64,000 nucleotides of DNA from Candidatus Oxydemutator sp. (GTDB lineage: Bacteria > Pseudomonadota > Gammaproteobacteria > Poriferisulfidales > Oxydemutatoraceae). Both the position numbers and the translations under genes were made by a program. Below, in pieces: positions 1-15,000 of this stretch (its first letter is position 1; each line of letters starts with the position of its first letter). Location: NCBI GenBank assembly GCA_965203445.1, contig OZ241883.1:864001-928000 (forward strand), read 5' to 3'. The notes beneath the pieces are model-generated. The model was given only the letters and a program-made list of their open reading frames with translations, did not search any database and was not told the DNA's origin.

Positions 1-3000
1 TTCTCGCCGGCGCGCACCGCGACCGACACCGTGGCCGTGCCCGCCGCACCGCGTTCGTCCGTTACCGTCAACTCGAACACCAGCACCGCCGTCGTCGCCA
101 ACTGCTCCGGCGCCGTGAACGTCGCGGTTACCGACTGCGCGTTCGTCAGCGTGACCCTCCTGCCGCCGACCTGACGCCAGTCATACACCAGCATCTCCTC
201 TTCCGCGTCCCTGCCGGCGCCGCTCAAAACCACTATGGCATTCTCGTCCACCACCTGATCATCGCCCGCGTCCGCCACCGGCGCGTCGTTCTCGCCCGGG
301 CGCACCGTGATCACCACCGTGTTCGTCGTCTGATCGCTCAACTGCCGTTCTCTCGGCGACGACAGACCCCGCGTGTCCGTCGCCACCAGCACGAACGTCA
401 GGGTCTCGCTGCTCACCAACTGCACCGGCGCCAGGAACGTCGTGCTGCGCGCTGCGGCGTCGTGCAACGACACCTGACTGCCGCTGATCTGACGCCAGCC
501 ATACACCAGCATCTCGTCCTCCGGATCCCTACCTACGCCGGCCAGCGTTACCACCTCGCCCTCGTCCACCACCTGATCGGCGCCCGCGTCCGCCGTCGGC
601 GCGTCGTTCTCGCCCGCTTGCACCGTGATCACCACCGTCGCCGTCGTCGAACCCGCACCACGCGTGTCCGTTACACGCAGCGCAAACTCCAACTCCTCAT
701 CCGACACCAACTGCATCGGCGCCGTGAAACTCGCGGTTACCAACGTCGCGTTCCTCAACGTAACGCGCACCCCCCGGGTCTGACTCCAGCCATACGCAAG
801 CGCTTCTTTCTCCGGATCGCCACTGGCGCCGCCGTCCAGTATCACCACCGCGCCCTCGGACACCACCTGGGCAAGACCGGCGTCCGCCGTCGGCGCGTCG
901 TTCTCGCCCGGTCGCACCGTGATCACTACCGTGTTCGTCGTCTGACCGCTCAACTGCCGTTCCGCAGGCGACGACAAACCCCGCGTGTCCGTCGCCACCA
1001 GCACGAACGTCAGGGTCTCGCTGCTCGCCAACTGCACCGGCGCCACAAACGTCGTGCTGCGCGCCCCGGCGTCGTGCAACGACACCTGACTGCCGCTGAT
1101 CTGACGCCAGCCATACACCAGCATCTCGTTCTCCGGATCGCTGCCATCGCCGGCCAGCGTTACCAACTGGCCCTCGTCCACCACTTGGTCGGCGCCCGCG
1201 TCCGCCGTCGGCGCGTCGTTCTCGCCCGGCAACACCTCGACCGACACCTCGGCAGACGAACTCGCATCGCGCCTGTCCGTCACCATCAGACGGAACACCA
1301 GCGTCGCCGTCTCCGCCAACTGCACCGGCGCCGTGAACGTCGCCACCGACGACGTCGGATTGCCCAAAACCACGTCGCCACCACCGATCTGTTCCCATCT
1401 GTACGACAATACGCCACCCTCGGCGTCCGTCGCACTGCCGCGCAGCGTGACCTCCGCCCCTTCGTCCACCACTTGATCGGAACCGGCATCCACCACCGGC
1501 GGCGTGTTCGTCTCCAACTCCACCCGAACCACCACCAGCGCGGTCGTCGCCAGACCGCGCTCGTCCGTCGCCCTCAACGCAAATATCAGCACCGTCGCCT
1601 CCGCCAGACCCGACGGCGACGTGAACGTCGCCACCGACGACGTCGCACCCGACAACATCACCGTCGGCTGACCGCTGGTCTGACTCCACTGATACCTCAA
1701 CGTCTCGTTCTCCGGATCAAACGCCACCCCGCGCAGCACCACTTCCTCGCCCTCGCCCACTATCCGGCTCCGCCTCGCGCTCACCACCGGCGCGTCGTTC
1801 GGCCCCGGCAACACCTCGACCGACACCTCGGCCGACGAACTCGCATTGCGCCCGTCCGTCACCGTCAACCGGAACACCAGCGTCGCCGTCTCCGCCAACT
1901 GCATCGGCGCCGTGAACGTCGCGGTTACCGACTGCGCGTTCGTCAGCGTGACTCCCCTGCCGCTGACCTGGCGCCAGTCATACCTCAACTCTTCTCTCTC
2001 CAGATCGCTGCTGCCAGTGCCGTCCAGCGTTACCATCTCGCCCTCGTCCACCACCTGATCATCACCCGCGTCCGCCACCGGCGCGTCGTTCTCGCCCGCG
2101 CGCACCGTGATCACCACCGTGTCCGTGCCCGTCGCGTCGCGCGCGTCCGTTACCGTCAACTCGAACACCAGCGTCGCCGTCGCCGCCAACTGCACCGGCG
2201 CCGTGAACATCGCGGTGGTCGCGGTGGTCGTGGCGCCTACCGTCGCTCCCGTCAGCGCAACTCGACCGCCGCCGATCTGACGCCAGCCATACCGCAACTC
2301 CTCTCTCTCCAGGTCGCTGCTGCCATCGCCGTCCAGCGTTACCATCTCGCCCTCGTCCACCACCTGATCATCGCCCGCGTCCGCCAACGGCGCGTCGTTC
2401 TCGCCCGCGCGCACCGTGATCACCACCGTGTTCGTCGTCTGACCGCTCAACTGCCGTTCCACGGGCGACGACAACCCGCGCGTGTCCGTCACCACCAGCA
2501 CGAACGTCAGGGTCTCGTTGCTCACCAACTGCTCCGGCGCCACAAACGTCGTGCTGCGCGCCCCGGCGTCGTGCAACGACACCTGACTGCCGCTGATCTG
2601 ACGCCAGCCATACACCAGCATCTCGTTCTCCGGATCCCTGCCAACCCCGTCCAGCGTTACCACGTCGCCCTCGTCCACCATCTGGTCGGCGCCCGCGTCC
2701 GCCGTCGGCGCGTCGTTCTCGCCCGCGCGCACCGTGACCGACACCGTGGCCGTGCCCGACGCACCGCGCGCGTCCGTTACCGTCAACTCGAACACCAGCA
2801 CCGCCGTCGTCGCCAGCTGCTCCGGCGCCGTGAACGTCGCGGTTACCGACTGCGCGTTCGTCAGCGTGACCTTCCTGCCCACGGTCTGGCTCCAGCTATA
2901 CCTCAACATCTCTCTCTCCGGATCGCTGCCGGCGCCGCTCAAAACCACCACGGCATTCTCGTCCACCACCTGATCATCGCCCGCGTCCGCCGTCGGCGCG

Positions 3001-6000
3001 TCGTTCTCGCCCGGAACCACCTCGACCACCACCGTGTCCGTGCCCGTCGCGTCGCGCGCGTCCGTTACCGTCAACTCGAACACCAGCGTCGCCGTCTCCG
3101 CCAACTGCACCAGCGCCGTGAACGTCGCGGTTACCGACTGCGCGTTCGTCAGCGTGACTCCCCTGCCGCCGACCTGACGCCAGCCATACGTCAAATCCTC
3201 TCTCTCCAGGTCGCTGCTGCCATCGCCGTCCAGCGTTACCATCTCGCCTTCGTCCACCACCTGATCATCGCCCGCGTCCGCCGTCGGCGCATCGTTCGCG
3301 CCCGGGCGCACCGTGATCACCACCGTGTTCGTCGTCTGACCGCTCAACTGCCGCTCCGCAGGCGACGACAGTCCCCGCGTGTCCGTCGCCACCAGCACGA
3401 ACGTCAGGGTCTCGCTGCTCGCCAACTGCACCGGCGCCAGGAACGTCGTGCTGCGCGCTGCGACGTCGTGCAACGACACCTGACTTCCGCTGATCTGACG
3501 CCAGCCATACACCAGCATCTCGTTCTCCGGATCGCTGCCCGCGCCGGCCAGCGTTACCACGTCGCCTTCGTCCACCACCTGATCGGCGCCCGCGTCCGCC
3601 GTCGGCGCGTCGTTCGGCCCCGGCAACACCTCGACCGACACCTCGGCCGACGAACTCGCATTGCGCCCGTCCGTCACCGTCAGACGGAACACCAGCGTCG
3701 CCGTCTCCGCCAACTGCATCGGCGCCGTGAACGTCGCGGTTACCGACTGCGCGTTCGTCAGCGTGACTCCCCTGCCGCTGACCTGACGCCAGTCATATCC
3801 CAACTCCTCTCTCTCCGGATCGCTGCTGCCGGTGCCGTCCAGCGTTACCACCTCGCCCTCGCCCACCACCTGATCGGCGCCCGCGTCCGCCGTCGGCGCG
3901 TCGTTCTCGCCCGGCACCACCTCGACCACCACCGTGTCCGTGCCCACCGCGTCGCGCGCGTCCGTTACCGTCAACTCGAACACCAGCGTCGCCGTCTCCG
4001 CCAACTGCATCGGCGCCGTGAACGTCGCGGTGGTCCTGGAACCTATCGTCGCTCCCGTCAGCGTTACTCGACCGCCGCCGATCTGACGCCAGCCATACCG
4101 CAACTCCTCTCTCTCCGGATCCCTGCTGCCGTCCCCGTCCAGCGTTACCATCTCGCCCTCGTCCACCACCTGATCATCGCCCGCGTCCGCCAACGGCGCG
4201 TCGTTCTCGCCCGCGCGCACCGTGATCACCACCGTGTTCGTCGTCTGACCGCTCAACTGCCGCTCCCTCGGCGACGACAGTCCCCGCGTGTCCGTCGCCA
4301 CCAGCACGAACGTCAGGGTCTCGTCGCTCACCAACTGCTCCGGCGCCACAAACGTCGTGCTGCGCGCTGCGGCGTCGTGCAACGACACCATGCTGCCGCT
4401 GATCTGACGCCAGCCATACACCAGCATCTCGTTCTCCGGATCGCTGCCAACCCCGTCCAGCGTTACCACGTCGCCCTCGTCCACCATCTGGTCGGCGCCC
4501 GCGTCCGCCACCGGCGCATCGTTCGCGCCCGGGCGCACCGTGATCACCACCGTGTTCGTCGTATCATCGCTCAACTGCCGTCCCACGGGCGACGATAGAC
4601 CGCGCGTGTCCGTCGCCACCAGCACGAACGTCAAGGTCTCGCTGCTCACCAACTGCACCGGCGCCACAAACGTCGTGCTGCGCGCTGCGGCGTCGTGCAA
4701 CGACACCTGACTGCCGCTGATCTGACGCCAGCCATACACCAGCATCTCGTTCTCCGGATCCCTGCCTACGCCGTCCAGCGTCACCACGTCGCCCTCGTCC
4801 ACCACCTGGTCGGCGCCCGCGTCCGCCACCGGTGCGTCGTTCTCGCCCGGCAACACCTCGACCGACACCTCGGCAGACGAACTCGCATCGCGCCCGTCCG
4901 TCACCGTCAGACGGAACACCAGCGTCGCCGTCTCCGCCAACTGCATCGGCGCCGTGAACGTCGCCACCGCCACCATCGGATTCCCCAAACCCACGTCGCC
5001 ACCACCGATCTGTTCCCATCTGTACGACAATACGCCGCCCTCGGTGTCCGTCGCACTGCCGCGCAGCGTGACCTCCGCCCCTTCGTCCACCACTTGATCG
5101 GAACCGGCATCCACCACCGGCGGCGTGTTCGTCCCCAACTCCACCCGAACCACCACCCGCGCGGTCGTCGCCAGACCGCGCTCGTCCGTCGCTCTCAACG
5201 CAAATCCCAGCACCGCCGCCTCCGCCAGACCCGACGGCGACGTGAACGTCGCCACCGACGACGTCGCACCGGACAACACCACCGTCGGCTGACCGCTGGT
5301 CTGGCTCCATTGATACCTCAACATCTCGTTCTCCGGATCAAACGCCACCCCGCGCAGCACCACTTCCTCGCCCTCGCCCACTATCTGCTCCCGCCCCGCG
5401 CTCACCACCGGCGCGTCGTTCGGCCCCGGCAACACCTCGACCGACACCTCGGCCGACGAACTCGCATTGCGCCCGTCCGTCACCGTCAGACGGAACACCA
5501 GCGTCGCCGTCTCCGCCAACTGCATCGGCGCCGTGAACGTCGCGGTTACCGACTGCGCGTTCGTCAGCGTGACTCCCCTGCCGCTGACCTGACGCCAGTC
5601 ATATCCCAACTCCTCTCTCTCCGGATCCCTGCTGCCGGTGCCGTCCAGCGTTACCATCTCGCCCTCGCCCACCACCTGATCGGCGCCCGCGTCCGCCGTC
5701 GGCGCGTCGTTCTCGCCCGGCACCACCTCGACCACCACCGTGTCCGTGCCCACCGCGTCGCGCGCGTCCGTTACCGTCAACTCGAACACCAGCGTCGCCG
5801 TCTCCGCCAACTGCATCGGCGCCGTGAACGTCACGGTGGTCCTGGAACCTATCGTCGCTCCCGTCAGCGTTACTCGACCGCCGCCGATCTGACGCCAGCC
5901 ATACCGCAACTCCTCTCTCTCCGGATCCCTGCTGCCGTCCCCGTCCAGCGTTACCATCTCGCCCTCGTCCACCACCTGATCATCGCCCGCGTCCGCTATC

Positions 6001-9000
6001 GGCGCGTCGTTCGCGCCCGCGCGCACCGTGATCACCACCGTGTTCGTCGTCTGACCGCTCAACTGCCGTTCCACGGGCGACGACAGTCCCCGCGTGTCCG
6101 TCGCCACCAGCACGAACGTCAGGGTCTCGTCGCTCACCAACTGCTCCGGCGCCACAAACGTCGTGCTGCGCGCCCCGGCATCGTGCAACGACACCTGACT
6201 GCCGCTGATCTGACGCCAGCCATACACCAGCATCTCGTTCTCCGGATCGCTGCCATCGCCGGCCAGCGTTACCACGTCGCCCTCGTCCACCATCTGGTCG
6301 GCGCCCGCGTCCGCCGTCGGCGCGTCGTTCTCGCCCGGGCGCACCGTGATCACTACCGTGTTCGTCGTCTGACCGCTCAACTGCCGTTCCGCAGGCGACG
6401 ACAGACCGCGCGTGTCCGTCGCCACCAGCACGAACGTCAGGGTCTCGCTGCTCGCCAACTGCACTGGCGCCACAAACGTCGTGCGACGCGCCCCGGCGTC
6501 GTGCAACGACACCTGACTTCCGCTGATCTGACGCCAGCCATACACCAGCATCTCGTTCTCCGGATCCCTGCCTACGCCGTCCAGCGTCACCACGTCGCCC
6601 TCGTCCACTACCTGGTCGGCGCCCGCGTCCGCTACCGGCGCGTCGTTCTCGCCCGGCAACACCTCGACCGACACCTCGGCAGACGAACTCGCATCGCGCC
6701 TGTCCGTCACCGTCAGACGGAACACCAGCGTCGCCGTCTCCGCCAACTGCTCCGGCGCCGTGAACGTCGCCACCGACGACGTCGGACTGCCCAAAACCAC
6801 GTCGCCACCACCGATCTGTTCCCATCTGTACGACAATACGCCGCCCTCGGCGTCCGTCGCACTGCCGCGCAACGTGACCTCCGCCCCTTCGTCCACCACT
6901 TGATCGGAACCGGCATCCACCACCGGCGGCGTGTTCGTCCCCAACTCCACCCGAACCGCCACCCGCGCGGTCGTCGCCAGACCGCGCTCGTCCGTCGCTC
7001 TCAACGCAAACATCAGCACCGCCGCCTCCGCCAGACCCGACGGCGACGTGAACGTCGCCACCGACGACGTCGCACCCGACAACACCACCGTCGGCTGACC
7101 GCTGGTCTGACTCCACTGATACCTCAACATCTCGTTCTCCGGATCGAACGCCACCCCGCGCAGCACCACTTCCTCGCCTTCGCCCACTATCTGGTTCCGC
7201 CCCGCGCTCACCACCGGCGCGTCGTTCGGCCCTGGCAACACCTCGACCAACACCTCGGCCGATGAACTCGCATTGCGCCCGTCCGTCACCGTCAACCGGA
7301 ACACCAGCGTCGCCGTCTCCGCCAACTGCATCGGCGCCGTGAACGTCGCGGTTACCGACTGCGCGTTCGTCAGCGTGACTCCCCTGCCGCTGACCTGACG
7401 CCAGTCATATCCCAACTCCTCTCTCTCCGGATCGCTGCTGCCGGTGCCGTCCAGCGTTACCACCTCGCCCTCGCCCACCACCTGATCGGCGCCCGCGTCC
7501 GCCGTCGGCGCGTCGTTCTCGCCCGGCACCACCTCGACCACCACCGTGTCCGTGCCCACCGCGTCGCGCGCGTCCGTTACCGTCAACTCGAACACCAGCG
7601 TCGCCGTCTCCGCCAACTGCATCGGCGCCGTGAACGTCGCGGTGGTCCTGGAACCTATCGTCGCTCCCGTCAGCGTTACTCGACCGCCGCCGATCTGACG
7701 CCAGCCATACCGCAACTCCTCTCTCTCCGGATCCCTGCTGCCATCCCCGTCCAGCGTTACCATCTCGCCCTCGTCCACCACCTGATCATCGCCCGCGTCC
7801 GCCAACGGCGCGTCGTTCTCGCCCGCGCGCACCGTGATCACCACCGTGTTCGTCGTCTGACCGCTCAACTGCCGCTCCCTCGGCGACGACAGTCCCCGCG
7901 TGTCCGTCGCCACCAGCACGAACGTCAGGGTCTCGTCGCTCACCAACTGCTCCGGCGCCACAAACGTCGTGCTGCGCGCCCCGGCGTCGTGCAACGACAC
8001 CTGACTGCCGCTGATCTGACGCCAGCCATACACCAGCATCTCGTTCTCCGGATCGCTGCCATCGCCGGCCAGCGTTACCACCTCGCCCTCGTCCACCATC
8101 TGGTCGGCGCCCGCGTCCGCCGTCGGCGCGTCGTTCTCGCCCGGGCGCACCGTGATCACTACCGTGTTCGTCGTCTGACCGCTCAACTGCCGTTCCGCAG
8201 GCGACGACAGACCGCGCGTGTCCGTCGCCACCAGCACGAACGTCAGGGTCTCGCTGCTCGCCAACTGCACTGGCGCCACAAACGTCGTGCTGCGCGCTGC
8301 GGCGTCGTGCAACGACACCTGACTGCCGCTGATCTGACGCCAGCCATACACCAGCATCTCGTTCTCCGGATCCCTGCCTACGCCGTCCAGCGTCACCACG
8401 TCGCCCTCGTCCACCACCTGGTCGGCGCCCGCGTCCGCCACCGGTGCGTCGTTCTCGCCCGGCAACACCTCGACCGATACCTCGGCAGACGAACTCGCAT
8501 CGCGCCTGTCCGTCACCGTCAGACGGAACACCAGCGTCGCCGTCTCCGCCAACTGCTCCGGCGCCGTGAACGTCGCCACCGACGACGTCGGATTGCCCAA
8601 AACCACGTCGCCACCGCTGATCTGTTCCCATCTGTACGACAATACGCCGCCCTCGGCGTCCGTCGCACTGCCGCGCAGCGTGACCTCCGCCCCTTCGTCC
8701 ACCACTTGATCGGAACCGGCATCCACCACCGGCGGCGTGTTCGTCCCCAACTCCACCCGAACCACCACCTGCGCGGTCGTCGCCAGACCGCGCTCGTCCG
8801 TCGCTCTCAACGCAAATCCCAGCACCGCCGCCTCCGCCAGACCCGACGGCGACGTGAACGTCGCCACCGACGACGTCGCACCCGACAACACCACCGTCGG
8901 CTGACCGCTGGTCTGGCTCCATTGATACCTCAACATCTCGTTCTCCGGATCAAACGCCACCCCGCGCAGCACCACTTCCTCGCCTTCGCCCACTATCTGG

Positions 9001-12000
9001 TTCCGCCCCGCGCTCACCACCGGCGCGTCGTTCGGCCCCGGCAACACCTCGACCGACACCTCGGCCGACGAACTCGCATTGCGCCCGTCCGCCACCGTCA
9101 ACCGGAACACCAGCGTCGCCGTCTCCGCCAACTGCATCGGCGCCGTGAACGTCGCGGTTACCGACTGCGCGTTCGTCAGCGTGACCCCTCTGCCACTGAC
9201 CTGACGCCAGTCATACCTCAACTCCTCTCTCTCCAGATCGCTGCTGCCGGTGCCGTCCAGCGTTACCACCTCGCCCTCGTCCACCACCTGATCGGCGCCC
9301 GCGTCCGCCACCGGCGCGTCGTTCTCGCCCGCGCGCACCGTGATCACCACCGTGTCCGTGCCCACCGCGTCGCGCGCGTCCGTTACCGTCAACTCGAACA
9401 CCAGCGTCGCCGTCGCCGCCAACTGCACCGGCGCCGTGAACATCGCGGTGGTCGCGGTGGTCGTGGCGCCTACCGTCGCTCCCGTCAGCGCAACTCGACC
9501 GCCGCCGATCTGACGCCAGCCATACCGCAACTCCTCTCTCTCCAGGTCGCTGCTGCCATCGCCGTCCAGCGTTACCATCTCGCCCTCGTCCACCACCTGA
9601 TCATCGCCCGCGTCCGCCAACGGCGCGTCGTTCTCGCCCGCGCGCACCGTGATCACCACCGTGTTCGTCGTCTGACCGCTCAGCTGCCGTTCCACGGGCG
9701 ACGACAGACCACGCGTGTCCGTCACCACCAGCACGAACGTCAGGGTCTCGTTGCTCACCAACTGCTCCGGCGCCACAAACGTCGTGCTGCGCGCCCCGGC
9801 GTCGTGCAACGACACCTGACTTCCGCTGATCTGACGCCAGCCATACACCAGATCCTCTTCCTCCGGATCCCTGCCAACCCCGTCCAGCGTTACCACGTCG
9901 CCCTCGTCCACCATCTGGTCGGCGCCCGCGTCCGCCGTCGGCGCGTCGTTCTCGCCCGGTCGCACCGTGATCACTACCGTGTTCGTCGTCTGACCGCTCA
10001 ACTGCCGTTCCGCAGGCGACGACAGACCGCGCGTGTCCGTCGCCACCAGCACGAACGTCAGGGTCTCGCTGCTCGCCAACTGCACTGGCGCCACAAACGT
10101 CGTGCTGCGCGCTGCGGCGTCGTGCAACGACACCTGACTTCCGCTGATCTGACGCCAGCCATACACCAGCATCTCGTTCTCCGGATCCCTACCTACGCCG
10201 GCCAGCGTCACCACGTCGCCCTCGTCCACTACCTGGTCGGCGCCCGCGTCCGCTACCGGCGCGTCGTTCTCGCCCGGCAACACCTCGACCGATACCTCGG
10301 CAGACGAACTCGCATCGCGCCTGTCCGTCACCGTCAGACGGAACACCAGCGTCGCCGTCTCCGCCAACTGCTCCGGCGCCGTGAACGTCGCCACCGACGA
10401 CGTCGGATTGCCCAAAACCACGTCGCCACCGCCGATCTGTTCCCATCTGTACGACAATACGCCGCCCTCGGCGTCCGTCGCACTGCCGCGCAACGTGACC
10501 TCCGCCCCTTCGTCCACCACTTGATCGGAACCGGCATCCACCACCGGCGGCGTGTTCGTCCCCAACTCCACCCGAACCGCCACCCGCGCGGTCGTCGCCA
10601 GACCGCGCTCGTCCGTCGCTCTCAACGCAAACATCAGCACCGCCGCCTCCGCCAGACCCGACGGCGACGTGAACGTCGCCACCGACGACGTCGCACCCGA
10701 CAACACCACCGTCGGCTGACCGCTGGTCTGACTCCACTGATACCTCAACATCTCGTTCTCCGGATCGAACGCCACCCCGCGCAGCACTACTTCCTCGCCT
10801 TCGCCCACTATCTGGTTCCGCCCCGCGCTCACCACCGGCGCGTCGTTCGGCCCCGGCAACACCTCGACCGACACCTCGGCCGATGAACTCGCATTGCGCC
10901 CGTCCGTCACCGTCAACCGGAACACCAGCGTCGCCGTCTCCGCCAACTGCATCGGCGCCGTGAACGTCGCGGTTACCGACTGCGCGTTCGTCAGCGTGAC
11001 TCCCCTGCCACTGACCTGACGCCAGTCATACCCCAACTCTTCTCTTTCCAGATCGCTGCTGCCGGTGCCGTCCAGCGTCACCATCTCGCCCTCGTCCACC
11101 ACCTGATCAAGTCCGGCGTCCGCCGTCGGCGCGTCGTTCTCGCCCGGCACCACCTCGACCACCACCGTGTCCGTGCCCGTCGCGTCGCGCGCGTCCGTTA
11201 CCGTCAACTCGAACACCAGCGTCGCCGTCTCCGCCAACTGCATCGGCGCCGTGAACGTCGCGGTGGTCGTGGCGCCTATCGTCGCTCCCGTCAGCGTCAC
11301 TCGACCGCCGCCGATCTGACGCCAACCATACCGCAACTCCTCTCTCTCCAGGTCGCTGCTGCCATCGCCGTCCAGCGTTACCATCTCGCCCTCGCCCACC
11401 ACCTGATCATCGCCCGCGTCCGCTATCGGCGCGTCGTTCTCGCCCGCGCGCACCGTGATCACCACCGTGTTCGTCGTCTGACCGCTCAACTGCCGCTCCG
11501 CAGGCGACGACAGTCCCCGCGTGTCCGTCGCCACCAGCACGAACGTCAGGGTCTCGTCGCTCACCAACTGCTCCGGCGCCACAAACGTCGTGCTGCGCGC
11601 TCCGGCGTCGTGCAACGACACCTGACTGCCGCTGATCTGACGCCAGCCATACACCAGATCCTCTTCCTCCGGATCCCTGCCAACGCCGTCCAGCGTTACC
11701 ACGTCGCCCTCGTCCACCATCCGGTCGGCGCCCGCGTCCGCTACTGGCGCGTCGTTCGGCCCCGGTCGCACCTCGACCGACACCGTGGCCGTGCCTATCG
11801 CGTCGCGCGCGTCCGTTACCGTCAACTCGAACACCAGCGTCGCCGTCTCCGCCAACTGCTCCAGCGCCGTGAACGTCGCGGTGGTCCTGGAACCTATCGT
11901 CGCTCCCGTCAGTGTCACTCGACCGCCGCCGATCTGACGCCAGCCATACCTCAACTCCTCTCTCTCCGGATCGTTGCTGCCATCGCCGTCCAGCGTCACC

Positions 12001-15000
12001 ATCTCGCCCTCGTCCACTACCTGGTCGGCGCCCGCGTCCGCTACCGGCGCGTCGTTCGGCCCCGGCAACACCTCGACCGATACCTCGGCAGACGAACTCG
12101 CATCGCGCCTGTCCGTCACCGTCAGACGGAACACCAGCGTCGCCGTCTCCGCCAACTGCACCGGCGCCGTGAACGTCGCCACCGACGACGTCGGATTGCC
12201 CAAAACCACGTCGCCACCGCCGATCTGTTCCCATCTGTACGACAATACGCCGCCCTCGGCGTCCGTCGCACTGCCGCGCAACGTGACCTCCGCCCCTTCG
12301 TCCACCACTTGATCGGAACCGGCATCCACCATCGGCGGCGTGTTCGTCCCCAACTCCACCCGAACCGCCACCCGCGCGGTCGTCGCCAGACCGCGCTCGT
12401 CCGTCGCTCTCAACGCAAATCCCAGCACCGCCGCCTCCGCCAGACCCGACGGCGACGTGAACGTCGCCACCGACGACGTCGCACCCGACAACACCACCGT
12501 CGGCTGACCGCTGGTCTGGCTCCATTGATACCTCAACGTCTCGTTCTCCGGATCGAACGCCACCCCGCGCAGCACCACTTCCTCGCCTTCGCCCACTATC
12601 TGGTTCCGCCCCGCGCTCACCACCGGCGCGTCGTTCGGCCCCGGCAACACCTCGACCAACACCTCGGCCGATGAACTCGCATTGCGCCCGTCCGTCACCG
12701 TCAACCGGAACACCAGCGTCGCCGTCTCCGCCAACTGCATCGGCGCCGTGAACGTCGCGGTTACCGACTGCGCGTTCGTCAGCGTGACTCCCCTGCCGCT
12801 GACCTGACGCCAGTCATATCCCAACTCCTCTCTCTCCGGATCGCTGCTGCCGGTGCCGTCCAGCGTTACCACCTCGCCCTCGCCCACCACCTGATCGGCG
12901 CCCGCGTCCGCCGTCGGCGCGTCGTTCTCGCCCGGTCGCACCGTGATCACCACCGTGTCCGTGCCCACCGCGTCGCGCGCGTCCGTTACCGTCAACTCGA
13001 ACACCAGCGTCGCCGTCTCCGCCAACTGCTCCGGCGCCGTGAACGTCGCGGTGGTCGTGGCGCCTACCGTCGCTCCCGTCAGCGCAACTCGACCGCCGCC
13101 GATCTGACGCCAGCCATACCGCAACTCCTCTCTCTCCGGATCGTCGCTGCCGTCGCCGTCCAGCGTTACCATCTCGCCCTCGCCCACCACCTGATCATCG
13201 CCCGCGTCCGCCACCGGCGCGTCGTTCTCGCCCGCGCGCACCGTGATCACCACCGTGTTCGTCGTCTGACCGCTCAACTGCCGTTCCCTCGGCGACGACA
13301 GTCCCCGCGTGTCCGTCGCCACCAGCACGAACGTCAGGGTCTCGTCGCTCACCAACTGCTCCGGCGCCACAAACGTCGTGCTGCGCGCCCCGGCGTCGTG
13401 CAACGACACCTGACTTCCGCTGATCTGACGCCAGCCATACACCAGCATCTCGTCCTCCGGATCGTTGCCGGTGCCGGCCAGCGTTACCACGTCGCCCTCG
13501 TCCACCATCTGGTCGGCGCCCGCGTCCGCTACTGGCGCGTCGTTCGGCCCCGGTCGCACCGCGACCGACACCGTGGCCGTGCCCATCGCGTCGCGCGCGT
13601 CCGTTACCGTCAACTCGAACACCAGCGTCGCCGTCGTCGCCAACTGTTCCGGCGCCGTGAACGTCGCGGTTACCGACTGCGCGTTCGTCAGCGCGACCCT
13701 CCTGCCGCCGATCTGACGCCAGTCATACCCCAGCATCTCGGCTTCCTCGTCCCTGCCGGCGCCGCTCAAAACCACCACGGCATTCTCGTCCACCACCTGA
13801 TCATCGCCCGCGTCCGCTACCGGCGCGTCGTTCTCGCCCGGACGCACCGTGATCACCACCGTGTTCGTCGTCTGATCGCTCAACTGACGTTCCACGGGAG
13901 ACGACAGGCCGCGCGTGTCCGTCGCCACCAGCACGAACGTCAGGGTCTCGCTGCTCGCCAACTGCACCGGCGCCAGGAACGTCGTGCTGCGCGCCGTGGC
14001 GTCGTGCAACGACACCTGACTTCCGCTGATCTGACGCCAGCCATACACCAACATCTCGTTCTCCGGATCGCTGCCGGTGCCGGCCAGCGTCACCACGTCG
14101 CCCTCGTCCACTACCTGATCGGCGCCCGCGTCCGCTACCGGCGCGTCGTTCTCGCCCGGGCGTACCGTGATCACCACCGTGTTCGTCGTCCGATCGCTCA
14201 ACTGCCGCTCTCTCGGCGACGACAACCCGCGCGTGTCCGTCGCCACCAGCACGAACGTCAGGGTCTCGCTGCTCACCAACTGCACCGGCGCCAGGAACGT
14301 CGTGCTGCGCGCCGTGGCGTCGTGCAACGACACCTGACTGCCGCTGATCTGACGCCAGCCATACACTAGATCCTCTTCCTCCGGATCGCTGCCGGTGCCG
14401 GCCAGCGTCACCAACTGGCCCTCGTCCACCACCTGATCGGCGCCCGCGTCCGCCGTCGGCGCGTCGTTCGCGCCCGCGCGCACCGTAATCAGCACCGTGT
14501 TCGTCGAATCCTCGCTCCGACTCGAGGACAGGCCGCGCGTGTCGCTCACCACCAGGAAAAACTCCAGCTCCTCGTCGCTCGCCAACTGCACCGGCGCCGT
14601 GAACATCGGATTCGCCACGGAAGCGTCCGTCAGCTCCACCATACTGCCGCTGACCTGACGCCAGCCATACACTAGATTCTCTCTCTCAGGATCCCTGCCA
14701 AAACCGCGCAGCGTTACCACGTCGCCCTCGTCCACCACCTGATCGGCGCCCGCGTCCGCTACCGGCGCGTCGTTCGGGCCGGCCTGCACCGTGACCACCA
14801 CCGACGCGGGGGCTGCATTAGCGCCCCGCTCATCGTTCACATACAACGTGAACTCCAAATCCTCATCATTGATCAACTGCGACGGCGCCGTGAACGTCGT
14901 ACGCCTGCTTTCGCCAAATCCCTCCAGATCCACAGGGTAGACCCTGACGGACGGATTGCTGCCGCCTCCGGTTTGAATCCAGCGATACCTCAGCGCATCG

